Shown here piece after piece: positions 11,242 to 21,492 of a DNA stretch of 64,000 nucleotides. The DNA lies in NCBI GenBank assembly GCA_964019335.1, contig OZ025652.1:310001-374000 (forward strand), in the 5' to 3' direction. The notes beneath the pieces were generated by a model. The model saw only the letters and a program-made list of their open reading frames with translations, was not told the DNA's origin and ran no database searches. The position numbers were made by a program, and so were the translations under genes. How positions within the stretch are numbered: the first letter of the stretch is position 1; each line of letters begins with the position of its first letter. This stretch comes from Diplonema japonicum (taxonomy: Eukaryota; Protista; Euglenozoa: Diplonemea).

Positions 11242-12090
11242 TTAACTAGTTAAACTAGTAGTGTACCAACCCCTTGAAAAAACTTTTTCTTGGGGGATGG
11301 GGTATTTTGACTATTTTTGGCCACCTGAGGCCATTCCGGCCCTTAAAAGTGGGAATAAGTGCTTTACTTCCCCTTAAAATGCCACGGCGAAATAGCTACC
11401 CCATATTACCTTAAGAAAATCCCCAGAAAAGCTGACCTGAAAAAAAAACAGCAGTGAAGAGTGATTCAAATGACGAAGAGTGAAATAAAACGACTTACTT
11501 GCCGCCAAATGAGCCATTATTTAACTCGAGTTCCCGAATTTTTTGCACGAGGGCCCGTCGGTAACGAGTTGAATAATGACTCATAATTTGTTGGCAATAG
11601 CTATTTTTCTTTTTTTTTTTTTTTTTTTTTTTTTTATAAACCAGATGCACCGTTTCCTTTGTGATCCTCGAGAGGATCATTGTGTGACCAATCAAACCAA
11701 CAGGAAAACACCTTACATACAGGGTAGAAGTGTCCTCGTGATCTTCTTTGTGATATTTTCAACTACAAGTTGAAAAACCAAAATATAAAAAAAAAAAGGA
11801 CATGTTTTTCCATAGATTGCTATAACTATGTTGCTTTTCTTTCATTTTCTTTCCACTTTTTTTTTTGACGTAGGGGATTGACTCGCAATCAAAAATAAAA
11901 TAAAAATAAAATAAAAATTAAAAAAAGTTGTCGATTCCTGCAAAGTCGGTTTTACCCTGCTGAAGGCAACGCCGAACAAAGCAGCCCCGACTCTTTTTTT
12001 TTTTTTTTTTTTCTTAGCAATAACATTACAATACAATTGTTGTTTAAAAAAAAGGAAACGCAAGAAAAAAAAAAAAAAAAAAAAAAAATC

Positions 12091-12285
12091 ATTCTTTATG
12101 ACTATATGTCTTTGTTGTTCGCTTGTTTTTGTTTTTCCTTCTTCTTTTTTTTTTCTTCTCTCTTTTGTTGTTCGCCAGATTTTAAAGAACGCTGCGAAAA
12201 AACTTTTTTTCTTTTTTTTTTTTTTGCTCGGCACAAGTTGCATATAGTTATAAATCACTTTTTGAAAGTAGAATATTTTGTAACA
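12091..12285. repeat. Dispersed palindromic (MITE-like) repeat, copy with poly(T) expansions
   Basis: Shares ATTCTTTATGACTATATGTCTTTGTTGTTCGC and TTGCTCGGCACAAGTTGCATATAGTTATAAA..TTTTTGAAAG..TTTGTAACA with 44633-44762. Confidence 0.75.
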
Positions 12286-12680
12286 GAAAAAAAAAAAGGA
12301 AAAGAAAGAACCAGAGGACAACCCTCTAAAAATAGAGAAGGAAGATAAAAAAAGGGAGGGGGGGCAATGGGAATGGCTGCGGTTAAAACTAGCATGAAAG
12401 CAACCTGCAAAGAATAAGTGAAGAGATTATGAGCAAAAATAAAATAAAAAGGCTATGTTTCAGAGCAAGCCCTACTTGAGAACCACCCTTGGGGAAAAGA
12501 GGAACACTGGGCCGTTGTTTGCGCGTGCTAGGGTAGAAACCTGGAGAAAGCTAAAAACCTGAAACACGCTTTGCCAACGAAAAGTTCCTCTGTGTTGGGG
12601 AACAAGTCAAGAAGACTCGTTGGAAAAAAAAAAGCATAAAAAAAGAATAAAAAAGTAACAGAAAGGTGCTAGAGGAAGAA

Positions 12681-12740
<60 letters not shown>

Positions 12741-13262
12741 ACATTTAAGGGTACCTGCGGTATGTGGCAGGACGCCTAAAAAAAAAGAGGCAAAAAAAAT
12801 AGGCGGAAAGGGGGGGGGGGTAAAATAAACGAATAAAGAGGACCACCACGAGAATACAAAATTCACCTCTCAAATTGGGGGCAAAAAAAAAAAAGGTATT
12901 TTTGTTCAAGAAAAAGAAGGGGAGGGTTCACCCCACCCCCACAAAATTAAAGAAAAAAAATACCAATATCGCGCCTTGCCCAAATTTTCCTGGTTCTTTG
13001 GGAGGGAAGGGGGGAAAAAAAAAAGAAGAAGAGGGGGCAAAAAAAAAACCCTTTTCGGGAGAAGGAGAATCCCCCTCCCCCTCATTCTTTCTTCTCCCAC
13101 CTCTAAGAAAAAAAAATCTTTTTTTTTGTTCAAAAACAATAACAAAGGGGGGGGGGGGGGGGAAGGGGTATTTTTTTTGCATACATCTCGATGGTGGGGG
13201 GATCACGAACCAAAAAAGATTTTCTTTCTATTTTTCTTTTATTTTTTTTTCCCATTCCATTC

Positions 13263-13928
13263 TCACGCTCCAAGCATTCCCACAGCAGTGTAAAGCGACA
13301 GCGCAGTGGTGGCTATTGTGACCGCGAGGATAGGCACATTCGCGGCACTTAACATTCCATCGGACCTTCTGATGGATCCTTCTTCTCGCTTTTCCTTCTG
13401 ACGCCGGTCCCCCAGCGACAAGAGCCTGGAGAGGGTCGACCTGTACTCCTGCGGAGATACCGTAAGCTGGAAATCAACATCTCTCAGAAAGAGATTTTCC
13501 ATCGAGTTCACAGTAGCTAAAGGTAACCCAAATATAGAGGCGTAGTAAGAGTTCGCATGGCAGGAGTCCTCAGAGTACTTTATTGCTGCGAGAAGCGCTG
13601 CAAAAAGCAGTCTATGGATATTTAACGGTGTCTTCCCTATTCTGCACCGCCGGAGAAAGATTGCAGAAGTAACAACCACCTCAGCACCGCACCTGCTGTA
13701 CCTTACCCACCTCTTCAGAGACTCGTAGAGGCCCAAAGCTGGGAGCTCTTCTGTGTCACTATCGAACACGCACGCCACACGGTCGTAATTCCTCACGTTG
13801 TCGTGGCCGGCAAGCGCTTCTTTAATGAGCTCTTCCGCCAGCCCATTGCACACTACCCGTGTCTCCTGTGGCTTCAATTTCTTAATACACGGTTGCTGCT
13901 GCCTGAGACATTCCCATCCTCTCCCCAT
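13263..13928 (-). CDS. Cyclin, PHO80/P-U type
   Basis: LNIHRLLFAALLAAIKYSED...NSYYASIFGLPLATVNSMENLFL..VDFQLTV cyclin box. Confidence 0.88.
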   Translation of the reverse strand: MGRGWECLRQQQPCIKKLKPQETRVVCNGLAEELIKEALAGHDNVRNYDRVACVFDSDTEELPALGLYESLKRWVRYSRCGAEVVVTSAIFLRRCRIGKTPLNIHRLLFAALLAAIKYSEDSCHANSYYASIFGLPLATVNSMENLFLRDVDFQLTVSPQEYRSTLSRLLSLGDRRQKEKREEGSIRRSDGMLSAANVPILAVTIATTALSLYTAVGMLGA

Positions 13929-14301
13929 ATAGGTTTTTTCGTTTTTTTTTTTTTTTCGTTTTTTTTTTTTCCGTTCTCTCTTTTTTTTTTTGGTGGATAT
14001 CTTTTTGAAAAGAAAAAGAAAAAAAAGGGGGGAAATTGGGTTGTGTGGAACTAAATGGATGGGAGAGGGGGGGGGGGGGGGGGGGTATGGATCTTCACCA
14101 GATCTTCCCCCCCCCTTTTTCTTTCTCTACATATTTTTTTCTTTTGTTTTATAAAAACTAATTGGAAAAAGGGGGGGGGGGGAGGTAAAGTACATCACTA
14201 AGAGGACAAAAAAAGGGGGGGTATCAAAAGGTGTAAAAAAAAAAAAAACAACAACAAAAAACACTTACTTTTTCATTTCTTTCTTCTCCCCTTTACCCCC
14301 T

Positions 14302-15610
14302 TTAGCAACTCACTGAAGACACAGAATTTGATAGTGAATTTGTCGCGCTGTAGAGGAGGCTGGGATCGCGGGGCTCCCGAGGAGGCGGGCTGGACCTCAT
14401 GCCCCCTCGAAGAGACCGCGCAACGTGAGAAAGCGACGAAACCAGCTGCTCAACATCATCACCCTTCTCACTGTCTTTTGTTGGTGTTTAAATTGATTCA
14501 AATATTCTTTTTTTGTTGTTGTTCTCCTCCCCCCACCCCCCCTCAAAACGAATGGATTTGCTCATACAAATGTGCGGACAATGGGTTGCTGCTATTGATG
14601 GACACCTCCGGGTCGCAGCCCTGGGTTTTAACGATGAAGCTCGCTGCATCACGTAACGTCATTGCGTGAGAATTCATGTAAAAATCGCATTTGAGCGATT
14701 CTTTTGATTTTAAGAAGATGAAGTATAAGGGAGAAGAAGGTAATTGAGACGGTGTGGAGACGGTGACAGCTGGCAAGGCCTCTGTTGCAGTGACCCCAAC
14801 GAACACGCCTACAGAAGTGTAACCTTGGGGAATGCTATCTTCTATTTTTTTAAAGGTCACCACAGGGATGTTATAACCCGCCGACGAGTGGTCAGAAGGC
14901 GCTGTCATCGTCGTGCTGACCACCTCCTTCGCAACGATTCTTGCGTTGTTCTCGGCTGCGACCTCCAGGAAGTCCTGAAACCCTTTCAGAGGAACTGTCA
15001 GAGGGTATGTCACAGCCATGCACGGGCCTTCGCTCAGCTTGGTGGTCTCGTTCCTAGCAGTTTCCCGTGTTGCATCTTCGTCGTCAGTGTCATCGCTCCT
15101 CTGCGCTGGGGTTTCACCTTCGTTCTCCTCCTGATTTTCTTCTTCTTCTTCATTCGTATGGTATAGTACTGACTTCGCTGTCGTGTACGTGGCCAGAGCA
15201 GCGATGCCCCAAAGCAACACCATTCTATCTTTGCATATTGTCGTGACAAGCCCTTCGAAGGAATCGAGAAACTCAAGTTCCCCCGACATCCACAGTGTTT
15301 TGAAATGGCGGTACGACGGCAGCCCGAGCCTTTCTTTCGCGTTTGCCCAGAACCCTGTGAAACCCTGCGTTGCCAAGCTTGGGGTCACATTGACAGCGAA
15401 GGCAAAGGCGCCGATCCACGGGGCCATGTTCGGCCGGCTCACCCTGTCGATGGTCTCCACCTCCGAGAACTCGCTCCCTTCCTCGCTGCTTCCCTTTTCT
15501 TTTTCCTCATCCTCGATCAGATACACCTCTTTCCACGACGGTATCAGCACTCTCATCCTCATCAGCCGGTTCATGTAGGCCTGGACCATCCCTCCTTTGG
15601 TCACTTCCAT
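14302..15610 (-). CDS. Hypothetical protein with acidic stretches and 1-2 hydrophobic segments
   Basis: 355-aa ORF plus a frame-consistent terminal exon (FEKGDDVEQLVSS...SVSC*) via intron 14471-14567 (GTATGA..ACAG). Confidence 0.65.
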
Positions 15611-15683
15611 TTATTGTTCTTTTCCCCCCTCCCTTCAAGCACTTCAAGAAACGAAAACCCAATAAAACTCAATAATTTAGTGC

Positions 15684-15796
15684 GAGATAAAGGAAGTCGG
15701 TGGCGCCCTGCACGAGCACTGTCTACTTGATTACAGCCCGGGTTACCAAGATTCTGAGCCCGTGCAGTGCTGCCTGTTCGTCACCTTGAGCATCTG
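15684..15796. repeat. Dispersed GC-rich repeat family (short copy)
   Basis: GGCGCCCTGCAC.AG.ACTGTCTACTTGATTACAG, GT.ACCAAGATTC, TGCAGT and CTGCCTGTTCGT are shared with 58627-58847. Confidence 0.7.
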
Positions 15797-16192
15797 CAAT
15801 ACGTTCTTCCACGATGACCGACGAGGTCAACAGCGCACCGTGTACTTGGTTGGTTGTATTTCCACGTTACCCCCCACCTTGACCAATAAAAAAAAAATAG
15901 AGAAACGAAGTGGATAGCAACGGCCTACCGGATGGCGGTGTGGCCTACTGTCGCTCCCGCTGCTTTTTTTTATTCACCTCAAGGTGGCTATAGAGGGGAA
16001 TCTTCTTTGGGGAAATTTTCGAAAAGCGCTTCTCAAGAATTCCAGCGTTCAAGCATGCAAGACCCAACCCTTTACGGAGGGGGTTTCACACCTTCGGAGG
16101 GAAAAAAGAAATTGTGGTCACCTCCTATACTCGGCCCTTCTGTCGATCAATTATAGAGAACAAGAAAACAGGACCCCCATCAACAGGCAACG

Positions 16193-18478
16193 TTATTTTT
16201 GCCTTGTTGACAGCTTTTTGTAGAAATCAGCAGCATAGACATTGCCTTTGCGGGCATAATGGGCTGACACATTGGACAAGTATTCGCTGGGGTTGGTATG
16301 TGGCCTAAGCTCGGACCACAAGTTCTTTACTGCCCTAACGTTAAGATGAAGCGTTGAAGGGTCGGGAAGGATGGTGTCAGGTAGTAGCTCCATCAAATGA
16401 GGTTGCGCGTTTAAAAGCTGCTTGACTGCCTTCGTACAGCACAGTGTGACGAGGTCTTGAAACACCTCCCGAGCCTCCGCAGGGGTGACGCGGACGGTGA
16501 TCGTCGTGTAATTAACTTTCACCGAGTAGAAGTCACACGCGGTGAGTAGCCTCCTCCTTATGTCCCAGCTGGCAACCTGTACGTACGTACTGTTCTGAAG
16601 CACCACTAAGTGTATGAGGGACCGGGACATCCGCCCATTTCTTTCAACGAAGGACAGCATGTCATTCAACATGTCTTTCGGCTTCGTCCAGCGAATAAGA
16701 GGAAACGCTGCATGTGTGGATTTTTCTAAAGCTTCTGTGAATCTGCTGATCCCTGGGCGCCCTTCAGTAGGGCATTTTGAGTGCTTTTTTTGGTTAGCGC
16801 AAGTGGGCTTGTTCTTCCACACATCGAAGACAGTTGCTTTTGATTTGAACGAAATCGGAGCACTTGGGTTCCACCCTGCGCCCAGCAGCGCTGTAATGTA
16901 CCCCTCGTTGCCGCCTTGCACAGCGTACCCTAGTGCCGTGGTCCCGTTCTTGCACCTTCTCGTCAGAAACGATGTATATTGCCTGCAGTCTTCCACAAGC
17001 TCGTCCGGCACTTTAGAGCTGCTCATTCCAGCGAACATCAGCACGTCTCGTCCCAGACTGTCCACCTCCAGCAGACTCTTCCCTGTCAGCTTTTTCAGTT
17101 CTCTATGGATAATCCGCTTACCCACCTTCGCATTGATGTGCAGAAGGTTTACATCTTGAGGGTAAGGAGTAGGGTCAGGTGGACATTCCTTCAACAGGTA
17201 TTTCACAACTTCAATGTGACCTTCCGCAGCTGCTGCGCTCACTGCGTTGAAACCTGCTAACGTGCGGTGCAGGTGGTTGGCGCTGCACTCCTCGATGAGG
17301 TACTTTACGATGTCTGGAGTGGCGCATCTGCTGGCAACGATGAGAGCTGATCTGCCTGTGCACGGTGCAGTTTGGTTCACATCGGCACCCTGTTCTATCA
17401 AGTACTTCACAAGGCTCAAGCACTCCACCTCGCATGCCCTCTGAAGCGGTGTCGAGTGGTGCGCATTGTAGTTCACATCTGCCTTGCAGTCCCTGATGAG
17501 CTTCCGAGCCATTGCGACACTGCCACAGTGCAGCAACCCAACATTAGGATCCCCACCTGCCTCTACCAGTGCAGCCACAACCTCTGTACCGCAGGTCTCC
17601 ACCGCTTCAGCTATACTCACCGGTGCTCCCTGGACCCACCCGTGGCGTATGGCATTTCGTATCACTTCAGCCAACTTGTCATCAAGGTCCAAGTGTCGGG
17701 CAGCCCCCTTCACAAATTGATTGATGCATAGGTGTCTGCTTGTTTCGATAGGGAACTTCAGCATGACATGTGGTGTCGACAGTCCGCGGAGCAGTGCCGC
17801 GCAGAGGTGTCTCGTGGCGAGACCCTTGCTACTCTTTAACAACATGTACTCGATGCGGTCGGCCTGGTCATCATCAAGAAGGTATTCGAGTTGAAAAATG
17901 AAGGAGTGCGAGGAACACAGGTCATAGAAGAGCCGCCAGTCAGCGCAGTCTTCAGGGACAAACCTGAGAGAGATGCCATTGGACTGGAGGGCACACGCAA
18001 GGTCGTAGTTGCCCGATGCGACGATATTATTGTATGCCACGAAACCGAAGAGCTTGGGGTTGACCTTGGCGATGGCCAGCGCTGTTTCCAAGCGAAGGTG
18101 GTTAAAAGCGATATCCCCGAGGAATTCGGGTGTGATGCCTGCTGCTATGTAGTTCAAGACCTGCTCCGTGTCGCCTGCAATGGCTGCCTCTTTCGCACCC
18201 TGGCTACTAACCTCCAGGTGTGCGGCTGACAGCCGCCTTAGTGCCAGCTGCTTCGGGTCACATGTTATGCTCACTTCATCGCCGCACCCTAGGAGCCCTC
18301 CTAGCAGGGTGTCGTCCTGTTCTGCTCCATACATTTCACCGTGCCTCTCAAGAACAATACATTCATACGATGTTCCTGTAGCTTCGGACGCTGCTTTCCT
18401 CAAGTCCTTGACACACCACCACTCACCCACCTCTACGGAGTACAGCGTGCCAGCGATATCTCGCAGTGTGATGTCCAT
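16193..18478 (-). CDS. Ubiquitin-like N-terminal domain + ankyrin-repeat protein
   Basis: N-terminal beta-grasp-like MDITLRDIAG..VKDLRKAA..LERHGE..DDTLL. Ankyrin repeats STPLQRAC..LVKYLIEQGADVN, GRSALIVA, GHIEVVKYLL, GTTALGYAV. Confidence 0.85.
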   Translation of the reverse strand: MDITLRDIAGTLYSVEVGEWWCVKDLRKAASEATGTSYECIVLERHGEMYGAEQDDTLLGGLLGCGDEVSITCDPKQLALRRLSAAHLEVSSQGAKEAAIAGDTEQVLNYIAAGITPEFLGDIAFNHLRLETALAIAKVNPKLFGFVAYNNIVASGNYDLACALQSNGISLRFVPEDCADWRLFYDLCSSHSFIFQLEYLLDDDQADRIEYMLLKSSKGLATRHLCAALLRGLSTPHVMLKFPIETSRHLCINQFVKGAARHLDLDDKLAEVIRNAIRHGWVQGAPVSIAEAVETCGTEVVAALVEAGGDPNVGLLHCGSVAMARKLIRDCKADVNYNAHHSTPLQRACEVECLSLVKYLIEQGADVNQTAPCTGRSALIVASRCATPDIVKYLIEECSANHLHRTLAGFNAVSAAAAEGHIEVVKYLLKECPPDPTPYPQDVNLLHINAKVGKRIIHRELKKLTGKSLLEVDSLGRDVLMFAGMSSSKVPDELVEDCRQYTSFLTRRCKNGTTALGYAVQGGNEGYITALLGAGWNPSAPISFKSKATVFDVWKNKPTCANQKKHSKCPTEGRPGISRFTEALEKSTHAAFPLIRWTKPKDMLNDMLSFVERNGRMSRSLIHLVVLQNSTYVQVASWDIRRRLLTACDFYSVKVNYTTITVRVTPAEAREVFQDLVTLCCTKAVKQLLNAQPHLMELLPDTILPDPSTLHLNVRAVKNLWSELRPHTNPSEYLSNVSAHYARKGNVYAADFYKKLSTRQK

Positions 18479-18735
18479 CTTTTTTTTTCTTCTTTCTCTT
18501 TAGAAGTTACTTATTTTCGAGATCAAAAACAACAAAACAAAACAAAAAATGCCCGGTGTTCCCTCTGTTCTGTCGGATCAAACATACTGTCTCGAGATTC
18601 GCACACACCCCACCACTCGCAAAGGGACGAGACCCCTGCGTGCTGCTAACTCGTGGCTAGGGAGGGAGTGAGAAGGGTGAGTTCATCACGTGGGGTTGCT
18701 TGTAACTGTCCCCTCATGTAAACTAGTGGCCACCC

Positions 18736-18776
<41 letters not shown>

Positions 18777-19133
18777 GAGAACACTTTCGTTTTTTGTTCT
18801 CTCGTTTTTTTTTTCCCTCTTTCCAACCTTGCACAAAACAACCGCCACCCCACCACCACCACCATTCTTTTTTTGCAAGAACGAGTCTTTGACTTGTCTA
18901 AACAAAAGGAGAACGTTGGCAACGTGTTTCGGGTTGACAAACTTCTCCAGGTTTTACCCGGCACGTACAAACAACGGCCAGTTCCTCTTTTTTTTTTCCC
19001 GCAGAGAGAGCATGGTCATAAGGTTAGGACATAATAAAGAATGAGGGGCCCAAGTTTTCTCAAAAAAAAAACCCCCCCAAGAAAAAAAAAAAAACACTTT
19101 CTTTAAAATTAATTTTTTGAAAAAAAACCCACC

Positions 19134-19883
19134 TTACTTCGGGTAGATCAGGTCATAATGCCCAGGGCGGTACAAAAGAAAAACTTGCGGCGTTCCGTCT
19201 TCCGGGATGGTGTGGGAGTTGCATGCTCCACCTGCAGATAAATCAAGGTATTCTATCTTGACAGGGATGGATAGAGCAGTGGTGACTGCGATGATGGATG
19301 GGTGCTCGAACTCTGTGCCAACAGTCTCGATTTGTGTCTGGCAGTAAGTCGCCACGTCAAGATCGAGGAAGGGTTCGAAGAGTGCTGAGTTGTGCTGGAT
19401 GTGGTACGAGGCAGCGAACCTCCCGTAGTAGGCAGCGTAATCAGATGTGCTGTCTTGAAACCGCTCGTAGAGAGAGGCGGGGGTTAGTTTGCCTTTGCTG
19501 ATGTCTTCAAAGAGCTCTAAGAGGATGTCGTGAAAGTCAGCTAGATGTTCGCCAAACAACGTGAATAAACCCTCCTTCATCCCTTTTATCGAATTCAGTA
19601 TTTTCTCGCATGCGGCTTCGTCCCTCATCGCCCACTCGGCGGCGCCGAACAGCAGCGATCTAATGAAGCAGCTCCCGTCCCTCCTCACACGCCGCACGCT
19701 GTTGTACCGCAGGCCTAGTTCCTTTGCCTTCGCTAGCATCACCTCGCTGCCTCCCTCTGCGTCCTTGACCACCTCAAGGATCCCTTCTAGTGCGCCCACA
19801 CGGGGTTTTTCTCTTTGCTCCGCCATCAAGTCATCTTCTTGCTTCACCGATGCCATTACTAAGTCGGCATTGTATTCCGTCAT
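19134..19883 (-). CDS. OTUB1: Otubain-type ubiquitin thioesterase (peptidase C65)
   Basis: RRVRRDGSCFIRS catalytic Cys box and LLYRPGHYDLIY His box. Confidence 0.92.
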   Translation of the reverse strand: MTEYNADLVMASVKQEDDLMAEQREKPRVGALEGILEVVKDAEGGSEVMLAKAKELGLRYNSVRRVRRDGSCFIRSLLFGAAEWAMRDEAACEKILNSIKGMKEGLFTLFGEHLADFHDILLELFEDISKGKLTPASLYERFQDSTSDYAAYYGRFAASYHIQHNSALFEPFLDLDVATYCQTQIETVGTEFEHPSIIAVTTALSIPVKIEYLDLSAGGACNSHTIPEDGTPQVFLLYRPGHYDLIYPK

Positions 19884-19892
19884 GTGTGTGTG

Positions 19893-19929
<37 letters not shown>

Positions 19930-21323
19930 GTGTTTCTTTTTTTTTTTTTTTTTTTCTTGTATTTTTAACAAACTGCTCACTTTCTTTGTAAGAAACAAAA
20001 AATAAATAAATAAATAAAAAAGAGAGTAGAGGTGGTGTGCAGTATTATACCATGTGCACGAACATCTCGCTTTTTTTTTTTTTTTTTTTTTTTCTCCATG
20101 GAAAAATAAAAAAAAAGGGGGACAAGTAAAAAGAAAGGGGAGTGATACGGGTGGGAAAGGAGGGGTTGTGGGGAGTTTTTTCTTTTTTTTTTTCTTTCTA
20201 TCTTTTTTTTTGAATTTTCGGCTGATTTTTTGTGCAAACCGTTTTCACCTACAAGCTGCCTCCACGCTTTTTCTGCAATAACAACCGCCACAGATGGGCA
20301 GGGGGGAGGGGGGTTATAAATCTACCAACCAACCACGGCAGAACAAATTAGCACAAGAACTGGATACTTCCGTCCGGAGACAGGACCGAGATTGATTGCA
20401 GAAAAAAAAGAAAAAAAAAACAGAAAATGGTTTTCTTTTTTTTTTTTCCCCTTCTATTTCCTTTCGTAAAATAGAAAAAGAGTGAACCAAAAAAAAAAAG
20501 AAAAAAAAACACAAAAACTGAGGAGAACCCCGCCCTTTCCCTTGGGGGGGGGGGAACAAAAAAATGGCTTTTGCCCCACGACGGACTCGTTCTAGCAAAC
20601 ATAAAGTGTATTGTACTTGTATGGAAATAAACAAATCAGTCTGCAATCTCGTACGTGTTGCCAGCAAAGCGGGTTAGCGTGATGGGGTGAAGAAAAGGAA
20701 AAATAAAAATAGAAATCATCTGGGTTTCTTTACTTGTTTTTCTTTTTTTTTCTTCTTTTTTTGGAAAAGAAAAAAGAAGTTCGATAAGATTTCAGCGCAA
20801 AATCTCTGCTCGCAAAACCTTATTTAGTCGTAAATTTCCAGGAAATGTACGGCCATACAAAGACGAAGAGAAATGGAAAAAAAAAAAAAAAAAAAAAAAA
20901 AAGGGGGGATTTCAGACAATCTGATGGATTGTTAGACCAAAACGCTTTTTTTTTTTTTTTTTTTTTTTTTTCTCTTCTAGTAAATAAAAAAAATAAGAAT
21001 GTTACAAAAAAAAAAGAAAAGAAAAAAAAAACAGAAAATAAAAACGAATAAAAGAAATTGTAAGGGAACAAAAGCATGGGCCATGGGCCATGATAAAAAA
21101 AAAAAAAAAACGGCGCGCAGCGAAATCAGCGGGCAGCACATCAAGCAAGGCAGAGTGAAAGAGAGAGGGAAAAAAAACCTCTGCTAAGTAGTTCGTATCT
21201 GAGAGAAGGCTAACCCATCTAAAATCGCAGTAGTAAAAGGTGCAAGTAGAAAACTTCCTCGAAAAAAAAAAATCAACAACTTGAAATAAGAATAATATAC
21301 ACCCCCCAACCCCCACCCCGTTT

Positions 21324-21359
<36 letters not shown>

Positions 21360-21492
21360 GAAAAAAAGAAGTTAGAAGGGAAAAAAAAAACTAGGAAATG
21401 ATGGTTTTTTTTGCTTTTCTTTTTTTTGCGTCTATCTCCTATTTTATACTTTTTTCTTCTGTTTATTTTAAAAACAAAAAAAAAATTGAATC

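Larger units (their letters stand above)
9419..11603 (+). mobile_element. Non-autonomous element with asymmetric inverted repeats and 3' hairpin (Helentron/HINE-like), copy 1, carrying a nested piggyBac
   Basis: TTTTATTTCACTCTTCGTCATTT (9419-9441) has its exact reverse complement at 11468-11490, followed by an imperfect hairpin 11495-11600. T-runs on both sides. Same architecture at 60114-60856. Confidence 0.7.
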
